A stretch of DNA of 64,000 bases, taken from the NCBI GenBank assembly GCA_964016885.1, contig OZ024758.1:29202001-29266000 (forward strand), in the 5' to 3' direction. Position 1 is the first letter of the stretch. The number at the start of each line of letters is the position of its first letter. Made by a program: the position numbers and the translations under genes. The notes below the pieces were generated by a model, which saw nothing but the letters and a program-made list of their open reading frames with translations, had not been told where the DNA came from and searched no databases. Source of the stretch: Eledone cirrhosa. Its lineage: Eukaryota. Positions 38,752 through 50,906 of the stretch are shown one piece after another.

Positions 38752-39200
38752 CTATTAACCATCTTGCCAACAACCCTAGGCACCTTTTTGAATTCCATGT
38801 ATCTAACACCCATGGACATGTTTACAAAGTCAGAAAACAGCACAGCTCCCATGACTTTCGGAAACATTTTTTCACACTCAGAGTTGCTGAAGCATGGAAC
38901 AAACTACCTTCATCAGTTGTTAGCTGTCGGGACACTGCATCCTTTAAAACCTCCATGGAACAAACTACCTGCATCAGTTGTTAGCTGTCGAGACACTGCA
39001 TCCTTTAAAACCTCCATGCTTCCTGAAATTCGCCAGCACTACACCTGATATTCCCCCTCCATGCACACCTGTGTGTGTATATATATCTTGACTCGTACAT
39101 TGTTCACTTTCCTCACATTTGTACATTATTCTATGTACTATACATACACCTTTGATGAGTTGTAGTGCACCTGAGCACTGTACACAATAATTTTCATTAT
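38752..39200 (+). mobile_element. CR1-like LINE 3' fragment with an internal about 60-bp tandem duplication
   Basis: Same family as 24755-25160; WNKLPASVVSCRDTASFK segment present twice. Confidence 0.85.
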
Positions 39201-39536
39201 TATGGAGGCACATGGCTTAGTGGTTAGAGCATTGGGCTTGCAATCGAAAGGTTGTGAGTTCAATTCTCAGACTGGGTGATGTGTTGGTTCCTTGAGCAAG
39301 ACACTTTATTTCACATTGATCCAGTTTACTCAGCTGTAGAAATGAGATGATAGGGACTGGGGTCCCTATCATTCCACTGCAAAGTGGTCGTGGAGGTGCC
39401 ATGGCAAAAAAGCACCCAGCACTCACTGTAAATGAGGTTGGTGTTAGGAAGGGCATCCAGCTGTAGAGATCAAGCCAGAATCAGTTCCCGCCCCACCCTT
39501 GCAAGCAGGGAGAGGCAGACGTAAAATGATGATGAT
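39201..39536 (+). mobile_element. SINE family B
   Basis: Near-identical to 12246-12587. Confidence 0.9.
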
Positions 39537-39595
39537 TCTATATACATGGATAACATATTTTAGTCTAAAACAGAGTTAATTTCTTCATATTTCAG

Positions 39596-39743
39596 GATTA
39601 CATCTTCTCTATCTTGACTGGTTATTGTGATCCTCCAGCTGGAGTGAGTCTCCAGGAAGGAACACACTACAACCCCTATTTTGCTGGAGGTGCTATTGGT
39701 ATGGCAGAAGCTTTATACAATGAAATCATTGAATATGATGATG
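39596..39743 (+). CDS. CYC1: Cytochrome c1 exon 6 ([50 protein letters not shown]; includes the axial Met)
   Basis: DY.FS.LTGY, NPYF.G.AI.M and EY.DG motifs; tttcag| and |gtgagt; phase 0-1. Confidence 0.98.
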
Positions 39744-39870
39744 GTGAGTAAATTCATACATCTCTCTCTCTCTCCCTCTCAGAAACACACACTCCCTCTC
39801 TACATATATATCCCTTGATAGTGTGGAAAAATGGACTTTAAATGATGATGATGATGATTATATATATATG

Positions 39871-39915
<45 letters not shown>

Positions 39916-40007
39916 CTGTTGTTCACCTTAACTTGGACATTAACAAATCTACCCCAATCTGAAAGTTATCCACAAATACAATCAAATGCAAAATAGCTGA
40001 TCCTGCA

Positions 40008-42785
40008 ATGGTACCTCTATGACAGTCCTGTCAACATAACACTGTCTATATGGTACATCTGACAGTGTCCTGTCAACATAACACTGTCTATATGGTACCT
40101 CTATATGACAGTCCTGTCAACATAACAGTCTATATGGTACCTCAGTGACAGTCCTGTCAACATAACACTGCCTGTATGGTACCTCTGTGACAGTCCTGTC
40201 AACATAACACTGTCTATATGGTACCTCTGTGACAGTTCTGTCAACATAACATTGTCTGTATGGTACCTCTATGACAGTCCTGTCAACATAACACTGTCTA
40301 TGTGGTACCTCTGTGACAGTCCTGTCAACATAACACTGTCTATATGGTACCTCGGTGACAGTCCTGTCAACATAACATTGTCTGTATGGTACCTCTATGA
40401 CAGTCCTGTCAACATAACACTGTCTATATGGTACCTCTGTGACAGTCCTGTCAACATAACACTGTCTATATGGTACATCTGACAGTGTCCTGTCAACATA
40501 ACACTGTCTATATGGTACCTCTGTGACAGTCCTGTCAACATAACACTGTCTATATGGTACCTCTGTGACAGTCCTGTCAACATAACACTGTCTATATGGT
40601 ACCTCTGTGACAGCCCTGTCAACATAACACTGTCTATATAGTACCTCTGTGACAGTCCTGTCAACATAACACTGTCTATATGGTACCTCTATGACAGTCC
40701 TGTCAACATAACACTGTCTATATGGTACATCTGTGACAGTCCTGTCAACATAACACTGTCTATATGGTACCTCTGTGACAGTCCTGTCAACATAACACTG
40801 TCTATATGGTACCTCTATGACAGTCCTGTCAACATAACACTGTCTATATGGTACCTCTGTGACAGTCATGTCAACATAACACTGTCTATATGGTACCTCT
40901 GTGACAGTCCTGTCAACATAACACTGTCTATATGGTACCTCTATGACAATCCTGTCAATATAACACTGTCTATATGGTACCTCTATATGACAGTCCTGTC
41001 AACATAACAGTCTATATGGTACATCTGTGACAGTCCTGTCAACATAACACTGTCTATGTGGTACATCTATGACAGTCCTGTCAACATAACACTGTCTATA
41101 TGGTACCTCTGTGACAGTCCTGTCAACATAACACTGTCTATATGGTACCTCTGTGACAGTCCTGTCAACATAACACTGTCTATATGGCACCTCTATGACA
41201 GTCCTGTCAACATAACACTGTCTATGTGGTACCTCTATGACAGTGTCCTGTCAACATAACACTGTCTATATGGTACCTCTGTGACAGTCCTGTCAACATA
41301 ACACTGTCTATATGGTACCTCTGTGACAGTCCTGTCAACATAACACTGTCTATATGGTACCTCTGTGACAGTCCTGTCAACATAACACTGTCTATATGGT
41401 ACCTCTGTGACAGTCCTGTCAACATAACACTGTCTATATGGTACCTCTATGACAGTCCTGTCAACATAACACTGTCTATATGGTACATCTGTGACAGTCC
41501 TGTCAACATAACACTATATGGTACCTCTGTGACAGTCCTGTCAACATAACACTATCTATATGGTACCTCTATGACAGTCCTGTCAACATAACACTGTCTA
41601 TATGGTACCTCTGTGACAGTCCTGTCAACATAACACTGTCTATATGGTACCTCTGTGACAGTCCTGTCAACATAACACTGTCTATATGGTACCTCTATGA
41701 CAATCCTGTCAATATAACACTGTCTATATGGTACCTCTATATGACAGTCCTGTCAACATAACAGTCTATATGGTACATCTGTGACAGTCCTGTCAACATA
41801 ACACTGTCTATGTGGTACATCTATGACAGTCCTGTCAACATAACACTGTCTATATGGTACCTCTGTGACAGTCCTGTCAACATAACACTGTCTATATGGT
41901 ACCTCTGTGACAGTCCTGTCAACATAACACTGTCTATATGGCACCTCTATGACAGTCCTGTCAACATAACACTGTCTATGTGGTACCTCTATGACAGTGT
42001 CCTGTCAACATAACACTGTCTATATGGTACCTCTGTGACAGTCCTGTCAACATAACACTGTCTATATGGTACCTCTGTGACAGTCCTGTCAACATAACAC
42101 TGTCTATATGGTACCTCTGTGACAGTCCTGTCAACATAACACTGTCTATATGGTACCTCTGTGACAGTCCTGTCAACATAACACTGTCTATATGGTACCT
42201 CTATGACAGTCCTGTCAATATAACACTGTCTATATGGTACCTCTATATGACAGTCCTGTCAACATAACAGTCTATATGGTACCTCTGTGACAGTCCTGTC
42301 AACATAACACTGTCTATATGGTACATCTGACAGTGTCCTGTCAACATAACACTGTCTATATGGTACCTCTGTGACAGTCCTGTCAACATAACACTGTCTA
42401 TATGGTACCTCTATGACAGTCCTGTCAACATAACACTGTCTATATGGTACCTCTGTGACAGTCCTGTCAACATAACACTGTCTATATGGTACCTCTGTGA
42501 CAGTCCTGTCAACATAACACTGTCTATATGGTACCTCTGTGACAGTCCTGTCAACATAACACTGTCTATATGGTACCTCTGTGACAGTCCTGTCAACATA
42601 ACACTGTCTATATGGTACCTCTATGACAGTCCTGTCAACATAACACTGTCTATATGGTACCTCTATGACGGTCCTGTCAACATAACACTGTCTATATGGT
42701 ACCTCTATGACGGTCCTGTCAACATAACACTGTCTATATGGTACCTCTGTGACAGTCCTGTCAACATAACACTGTCTATATGGTA
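40008..42785. repeat. 42-bp minisatellite, about 66 copies
   Basis: TGGTACCTCT(G/A)TGACAGTCCTGTCAACATAACACTGTCTATA; 14-aa period. Confidence 0.98.
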
Positions 42786-42950
42786 TCAATAATTAATACC
42801 GATAATTTCCAAACATGACATAAACAAATCTATTCCAATCCAAAATTATTCACAAATACAATCAAATGAAATCACAGTCAATCCCATACTCGAGGTCTAC
42901 CAACAGGGATCTCAGTCCACACAGTACCAAGGCATGACATATATATATAC

Positions 42951-43289
42951 ATGGAGGCACATGGCTTAGTGGTTAGAGCATTGGGCTTGCAATCGAAAGG
43001 TTGAGAGTTCAATTCTCAGACCAGGTGATGTGTTGTTTCCTTGAGCAAGACACTTTATTTCACATTGCTCCAGTTTACTCAGCTGTAGAAAGGAGATGAT
43101 AGGGACTGGGGTCCCTATCATTCCACTGCAAAGTGGTCATGGAGGTGCCACAGCAAAAAAGCAACCACCACTAACTGTAAATGAGGTTGTTTTTAGGAAG
43201 GGCATCCAGCTGTAGAAATCAAGCCAGAATCAGTTCCTGTCCCACCCTTGCAAGCAGGGAAAAAGCGGACGTAAAATGATGATGATGAT
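42951..43289 (+). mobile_element. SINE family B
   Basis: Same structure as the other copies; preceded by (TA)n. Confidence 0.9.
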
Positions 43290-43545
43290 AAGCCCATCAG
43301 TTGCCCAAACTTGAACATAAAAGCATCTAGAAAATCCACATATGACCTGACACACAAAACCCATGCAGCTTAAGGAAAGTAAATCACACTTGATTTTCTA
43401 AGCCACATTCCAACCTTCATGGCAGATCAACCACCAACCTGCCATAATTACTGCTATAGGAGTGATGGTCATCATCAGGCTGCAGCCGTTGAATTACATA
43501 GTTTCTGTAAAATAATCTGAAATAATATATTATTTATACTTATAG

Positions 43546-43646
43546 GAACACCAGCCACACAAAGTCAGTTGGCTATGGATGTGACCACTTTCCTTAAGTG
43601 GGCTGCGGAGCCAGAATATGATACTCGTAAAAAGATGGCTATGAAG
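43546..43646 (+). CDS. CYC1: Cytochrome c1 exon 7 ([34 protein letters not shown])
   Basis: GTPAT.SQ.A.DV.TFL.WA.EPE.D.RK motif; phase 1-0; |gtaagt. Confidence 0.98.
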
Positions 43647-43775
43647 GTAAGTTTAGTGACACCTGATACTGTATCAAGTGAAACAGTTCTTTTCCTTATT
43701 TTCTATTGGGTTTAAAACAAGTTGTTTTAGCAAGCATTTGTTTTGAAGACAGCAAACGAAGTTTGAAATTTAGTT

Positions 43776-43943
43776 GAAATAGAAACTTTCACTATATTTT
43801 AACTAAAGAAATTAGCCTGATACTGGGGTTTAAAACCCTCTGAATGTTAGAGGATTAGGTCAATACTCATCCTTTTCCATTTAGAGGGTTTTAAACCCCA
43901 CCATCGGGCTAATTTCTTTAGTCACGGAGAAAGTTTCTATTTC
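43776..43943. mobile_element. Foldback / MITE-like inverted repeat
   Basis: GAAATAGAAACTTTC...ACTAAAGAAATTAGCC..GGGGTTTAAAACCCTCT pairs with the downstream arm. Confidence 0.75.
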
Positions 43944-43994
43944 TAATAAGTTGTTACATTGTTTTCATATATTTTTATATATTTTCTTTACAAA

Positions 43995-44892
43995 TGTAAC
44001 TGTTAAGAGATATATCATCTATTAGATATACATGTAACTGTTAAGAGATAGTTATATCGTCTATTAGATATACATGTAGCTGTTAAGAGATAGAGTTATA
44101 TCATCTATTAGATGTACATGTAACTGTTAAGAGATAGAGGTATATCATCTATTAGATATACATGTAACTGTTAAGAGATAGAGTTATATCATCTATTAGA
44201 TATACATGTAGCTGTTAAGAGATAGTTATATCATCTATTAGATATACATGTAACTGTTAAGAGATAGGGGTATATCATCTATTAGATATACATGTAACTG
44301 TTAAGAGATAGAGGTATATCATCTATTAGATATACATGTAGCTGTTATGTGATAGAGGTATATCATCTATTAGATATACATGTAGCTGTTAAGAGATAGA
44401 GGTATATCATCTATTAGATATACATGTAGCTGTTAAGAGATAGTTATATCATCTATTAGATATACATGTAACTGTTAAGAGATAGGGGTATATCATCTAT
44501 TAGATATACATGTAGCTGTTAAGAGAAGAGGTATATCATCTATTAGATATACATGGAATTGTTAAGAGAAGAGGTATATCATCTATTAGATATACATGGA
44601 ACTGTTAAGAGAAGAGGTATATCATCTATTAGATATACATGGAACTGTTAAGAGAAGAGGTATATCATCTATTAGATATACATGTAACTGTTAAGAGATA
44701 GAGGTATATCATCTATTAGATATACATGGAACTGTTAAGAGAAGAGGTATATCATCTATTAGATATACATGGAACTGTTAAGAGATAGAGGTATATCATC
44801 TATTAGATATACAAGTAACTGTTAAGAGATAGAGGTATATCATCTATTAGATATACAAGTAACTGTTAAGAGATAGAGGTATATCATCTATT
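43995..44892. repeat. 42-44-bp minisatellite, about 20 copies
   Basis: TATACATGTAACTGTTAAGAGATAGAGGTATATCATCTATTAGA. Confidence 0.96.
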
Positions 44893-45871
44893 TTTCCATT
44901 AAGTACAAGAAACATATTTTAACATTGGCTTCCTCATCAAAAGCTTTAACATAATTTGCCACATTTTAAACTTAATATACAAAAATGTATTGTATGTTGG
45001 TATAGACAAAAGAATAGCTGAAAGATTTAATAATTCTTACATGAAAAACCTAAATTAAAATCAAATAAGCAGTAAGATAAAATTCTTCTGTCAATGTCTA
45101 CATAATGAAACTGCCTTAAAAGTATAAGGAATAGTTTTTTCTAAAATTGGATGTCTTTCTATTGACAAAACTTCTTTATAGCTAGGATAAAAATACTGCT
45201 CTTTTCATATCAATAATTTATAACATTTAATAGTAATAATAATTTTACATTGTTTAAAGTTGTATTGTATATAATGCTTTATTTTTTATATATTTTTATG
45301 TTTTAAACTATATATAACAGTTCTAACCTATCTGTTTTTGAAATTTGTTCCCGTCAGATTATATCTATGTCCATTTAAAAAAAGATATAATAAATAAGAT
45401 GTATAAAGATAGTTATTTTGGAGTTGTATGTGTTTAGCAAGTCATTTGATCTGGGATAGTCTCTTGAAACTGAAACAATTGCATTGAGTTGAGTCATGAT
45501 ATCCCTTTAAAATACACATGCTACTCTCTCTTATATATATAAGAAAAACAAAGTTGTGTTACTAATACCAGTAATTCACTCATTCACATACACTGTATAT
45601 ATTGTGTATATATAGCTGATCTCTTGGGAAGGGACAAAGTTAGTAGAAATAATGATACATTTGTGTAGGGAGATGCTATAAAAGAACTTACAAAATAGGG
45701 TGAAGACTCTTAAAAAATGGAAAAAGAAGTTCCCATTGACTGCTGGCAACTTCTTTTTCTGTCTTTAGGGGTCTTCACCCTATTTTATAACATCTCTGCA
45801 TATAAGCACACCATTCTTTCCATTATATGTATATATATATATATATGTATGTATATATATATATATATATA

Positions 45872-48227
45872 TCATCATCATCATCATCATCACCGTTTTA
45901 CGTCCGTTCTTCCACGCTAGCATGGGTTAGACGGGTTGTCCTGTTGTGGGCAGTGTCTGGTCGGCTGACCATGCCTTGCTCATACAGGAACTGATCTGGC
46001 TTGATTTCTACAGCTGGATGCCCTTCCTAACACCAACCTCATTTACAGTGAGTGCTGGGTGCTTTTTCGTGGCGCCTACACGTCCACTTTACAGTGTGGG
46101 CTGGGTGCTTTTTTGCCGTGGCACCTCCACGACCACTTTGCGGTGGGGGGGGGGGGGGGGGGGGCATATTGTTTATATGCTTCAGCATGTACCCATGGGA
46201 GGTCGGGTACCCTGTATTACTGCGTGACGCCAGAAGTCACGGTCGTGTGTCATTGACTTTGAGAGGTGTAGTTGGGTAAGGTCGGCTTTTATCACCTCAT
46301 CCCAAGTCATCTTGGGTCTCCCCACTCCGCGGTTTCCATCAACTTCTAGTGCTCTGCACCTTTTTATGCAGCTGTCATCCTTCATACGCATCACATGTCC
46401 ATACCAGCGTAACCGCCTCTCCTGCACGCAGCATTTGATTCCTCTTATGCTCAGTCTCTCTCTCAATTCCTTTATGCTTTGTCGTTCACGTATATTACTG
46501 TTACACATCCATCGGAGCATGCAGGCTTCGTTTCTCTCTAATCTACGTAAGTCTTCCACCTTCAGCGCCCAGGTCTCACTACCATGCAACATCGCTGTTC
46601 GGATACACGCATCATACAGTCTGCCTTTCATTCTGAGGGAGAAGCCTTTTGCAGCTAGCAGTGGTAGTAGTTCCCTAAACTTCTTCCATCCCGTTCTTAC
46701 CCTAGTTATTGTACTTTCTGAGCACCCACCTCCGTTGCTAATTCGGTCACCTAGGTAGCAGAAGCTGTCTACTGTTTCTACAGGGCCCTCCCAGAGATTG
46801 GTGGTACTTGTTTCCTGTGGCTGTTTGCTTGCTGTTTCAGCACAGCTGCTGCATGTGAATCCTACATTCTTAATTAAGCTTCCTGAGATCCCGCTACATC
46901 TCTTGTGTACCCATTGTTTGCATTTGGGGCAAAGAATGGAGTTCCTACCTACACCTTTCCTACATACTGAGCAAGGCCATTTCCCTGAGGGGATCTGGGT
47001 TCTGTTTTCTCGTCTACTTATAAGGACCTTAGTCTTTGTCATGTTGACTTTGAGGCCCTTTCTCTCTAGTCCCTGCTTCCAGGTTTGGAATTTATTCTCT
47101 AGTTCTACCATAGATTCAGCTATGAGTGCGAGGTCATCAGCATACAGGAGTTCCCATGGGCATCCGGTCTTAAACTCCTCCGTTATTGCCTGCAGGACTA
47201 TGATGAACAGGAGAGGGCTAAGAACAGAGCCCTGGTGGACCCCAACCTGTACGCTAAATTCCTCGCTATACTCATTGCCAATCCTAACTTTGCTGACTGC
47301 TCCCCTATACATGGCTTGTACCGCTTTCACAAGCCATTCATCTACTCCTAGTTTTCTAAGAGCCCACCAGATTACTGCACGTGGAACTCTGTCAAAGGCT
47401 TTCTCAAGGTCGACAAATGCCAAGTAGAGTGGCTTACTTTTAGCTAGGTACTTTTCCTGTAATTGCCTCACAAGGAAGAGCGCATCAGTGGTGCCTTTCC
47501 CTGGTACAAACCCAAATTGCATCTCGTCTATATTCACCTGGTCCCTAATCAGCTGTGCTATAACTCTTTCTGTTACTTTCATGACCTGGTCCATCAACTT
47601 TATACCTCTATAGTTTCCTCTATCTAGTGCATCGCCTTTACCTTTGTAGCAGTTGACAATGATGCTACTGCACCAATCTTTTGGTATGGCCCCCTCTAGT
47701 ATTACCTGGTTAACGATACGTGTGGTTATAGTGTGACCTACAGACCCAGATGCCTTCAGCATCTCGGCAGCTATACCCGATGGACCGGTTGCCTTCCCTA
47801 TCTTCATATCTCTGATTGCCTTACTTACTACGCTGCCGCTGACTTGTACTGCTGGTCCCTCTATAGGGTCTACGTGGGGTAGGGTCTCTTCTTCCCATGC
47901 ATTCTCCTCATTTAGTAATCTATCATAATGACTCTTCCATGCATCTTTCTTCTCAGCACTTGTGAGGGCAAGCTCACCTTTATCATTCCGGATACACTTC
48001 TCTCCAATGACATCACAACTATCTCTGACACACTGCCTCGCAATCTTGAATACCTCCTGTTTCTGGTCCTCACGTTGTAAAACATGCTTGAATTTTCTAT
48101 CCTCTGCTTCCCTCCTAGCTAAGTATACTTGTCGCCTAGCTTCCCTCTTGGTCTCTATGTAATGTACCCTGCTCCCCCCGTTCTTCCATTCTTTCCATGC
48201 CTGTCTCTTGGCCTTGACTGCTTCATC

Positions 48228-48231
<4 letters not shown>
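45872..48231 (-). mobile_element. 5'-truncated RTE-clade LINE (subfamily A): RT domain, PHD-like finger, 3' UTR, (GAT)n tail; flanked by (TA)n
   Basis: GKATGPSGI, NYRGIKL, QFGF, AFVDLEKAFDRV, GVHQGSVLSPLLF, LLYADDL; by manual translation the frame stays open from about 48230 to the stop at 46182. Confidence 0.97.
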
Positions 48232-48276
<45 letters not shown>

Positions 48277-48509
48277 AAATCTGCTTCATAGAATCAAGAC
48301 GTATGAGGACCTTGCGATTTTCAGAGTCAGGTTCGATCATCACATCGATTGTGCCTCGAGCTGGTCGCCAGAGAAACGATTGTAATATGTCCAATAAATT
48401 CCATTCGTCGCAACACTGGTTCTCTTTTTTTTGTGATATCATACTCTGCTCTGTGAGAACATGGAGTGCTCATACGGACACTTTAAGCATCCAACACCAA
48501 TTATATTTA

Positions 48510-49596
48510 TAAATAGTGGACAGCTTCCGTTATCTGGGTGACAAAATCAGCAGTAGGGGAGGGTGCTCTGAAAGTACAGTAGCTAGAGTCAGAACTGGAT
48601 GGAAAAAGTTCAGAGAGCTTATACCACTATTAGCTGCTAGAGGGTTCTCTCTAAAAATGAAAGGCAGGTTATACGATGCCTGCATACGAACAGCAATGCT
48701 GCATGGCAGTGAGACCTGGGCATTGTGTGCAGAGGATATACGCAGACTAGAGAGGAACGAAGCTTGCATGCTCCGCTGGATGTGCAATAGTAATATATGT
48801 GAATGGCAAAGCATAAACGAACTAAGGAAAAAATTAGAAATAAGAGGGATCAGATGTTGTTTACTCGAGAGAAGGCTACGTTGGTACGGTCACGTGATGC
48901 GCATGAAAGACGACAGCTGTATAACAAAGTGCAGGGCAATAAAGATAGACGGTAGCCACGGAGTAGGCAGACCCAGAAAAACATGGGACGAGCTGATAAA
49001 TTCCGACCTCACACGCTTACACCTCTCCAAGACAATGTCACTGGACCGAGACCTTTGGCGGTACTCAGTAATAGAGAAGACCCGCCTTACCTAAATACAA
49101 AGTAAAAACCTACTACAGTCAGTAGGCATCTCTATCAAAACACACCCCCGTCCCACCACCTCCACCCCACCCACACCGCCCCTTTCAATGTAAAGTTATG
49201 TTGGTCCCACAACATCCAGGCCGAAACAAATGAGATCGTGTAGGTGTCACGACAAAAAACACACAGTCCACGCTGTAAATGTGGCCGTGTAGGCAACACG
49301 GTAAAAACTTCCCAGCCCCACACTGTAAATGTGGTTGGTGTTAGGAAGGGCATCCAGCTGTAGAAAACCCGCCAGACAGTCCACGCTGTAATGTGGCCGT
49401 GTAGGCAACACGGTAAAAACCTCCCAGCCCCACACTGTAAATGTGGTTGGTGTTAGGAAGGGCATCCAACTGTAGAAAACCCGCCAGACAGTCCTATGCG
49501 AGCAAGACAACCACTCTTGCCTCAAGTGGGAAAACCCCCGTCCAAACCCATGCAAGCGTGGAACACGGACGCTAAACCTGATGATGATGATGATGA

Positions 49597-49600
<4 letters not shown>
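48510..49600 (+). mobile_element. 5'-truncated RTE LINE (subfamily B) with a tandem duplication in the 3' UTR
   Basis: 192-aa ORF nearly identical to the 35468-36028 ORF; (GAT)n then (TA)n. Confidence 0.93.
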
Positions 49601-49679
<79 letters not shown>

Positions 49680-49875
49680 TATATGGTGGCTGCCAACTCG
49701 TTTTCGAGTACGGCCACTACTTTATATCCATGTAGGAGAACCCCTACCGATGCGCTGAACGAGTGTGACTTTCTAGTCCAGCCAGCGACTTGAAAACTCT
49801 GGTACAAACACTACACTTGTGACAATTATTGACACATAGTGCATGTATGTATGTATGTATGTATGTATGTATGTA

Positions 49876-49955
<80 letters not shown>

Positions 49956-49990
49956 GACGCATGCACACACACACATTCTCTCTCTCTCAC
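49599..49990. repeat. (TA)n, (TATG)n, (CA)n, (TC)n microsatellite cluster
   Basis: Read directly. Confidence 0.95.
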
Positions 49991-49991
49991 A

Positions 49992-50154
49992 TACGAGGGG
50001 CAGCTGAAATGTTCATAGGCTGAGCAAGATACTCTCATGGAATGGCCAAATGCAGTTATTAATAAGAAGAGTTGAAATTAATATATGCAAGATTTCATAG
50101 CTCTAGCATCACTCCTTCACAGTCAGATTATGAACTTTTCAGCCTACTCTCGTA
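49992..50154. mobile_element. Mariner/Tc1-like MITE
   Basis: TA-CGAGGGGCAGCTGAAATGTTCATA...TATGAACTTTTCAGCCTACTCTCG-TA imperfect TIRs with TA flanks. Confidence 0.7.
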
Positions 50155-50209
50155 TGGGTTGTGTATGATTAGAATAGAATCATTGATGTAACAGAAAATA
50201 TTTTGATAT

Positions 50210-50419
50210 ATATTTGTTTCTACTTTTGGCATAAGACCAGCAATTACCCTAGTGTATCACTGGTACTTTATTTTATCGACCCCGTAAGGATGAAAGGCAA
50301 AGTTAACCTCGGCAGGATTTGGTTAACTTTGCCTTTCATCCTTACAGAGTCGATAAAATAAAGTACCAGTAATACACTGGGGTAATTGCTGGCCTTATGC
50401 CAAAAGTAGAAATAAATAT
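50210..50419. repeat. Palindrome made of two inverted SINE A 3' halves
   Basis: About 100-bp arms, about 12-nt spacer (TCGGCAGGATTT). Confidence 0.92.
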
Positions 50420-50512
50420 TATAAATCCTGAAATGTCAAAATATTTTGTTTTACATCAATGACCTAGTCACTGATTCTATTCTTATATATATATATATAT
50501 ATATATATATTT

Positions 50513-50906
50513 TATGGAGTCACATGGCTTAGTGGTTAGAGCATTGGGCTTGCAATCGAAAGGTTGTGAGTTCAATTCTCAGACCAGGTGATGTGTTGTT
50601 TCCTTGAGCAAGACACTTTATTTCACATTGCTCCAGTTCACTCAGCTGTAGAAATGAAATGATAGAGACTGGGGTCCCTATCATTCCACTGTAAAGTGGT
50701 CGTGGATGTGCCACGGCAAAAAAGCACCCAGCACTCACTGTAAATGAGGTTGGTGTTAGGGAGGGCATCCAGCTATATAAACCAAGCCCAAATCAGTTCT
50801 GTATGAGCAAGACATGGACACCTGACCTCACATTGCCCACAACAGGACAACTCATTTAACCCATGCTGGCGTGGAAGAATGGACGTAAAACGGTGATGAT
50901 GATGAT
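50513..50906 (+). mobile_element. SINE family B variant with a longer LINE-type tail
   Basis: Tail follows the RTE-A 3' UTR through ...CACAACAGGACAAC...AAAACGGTGATGATG. Confidence 0.88.

Noticed and set aside
48272-48500. CpG-rich unique segment between two LINEs
   Set aside because: Probably a TE fragment, but I recognise no motif or termini
49247-50038. IY/YI-repeat ORFs
   Set aside because: Translations of (TA)n and (CA)n microsatellites
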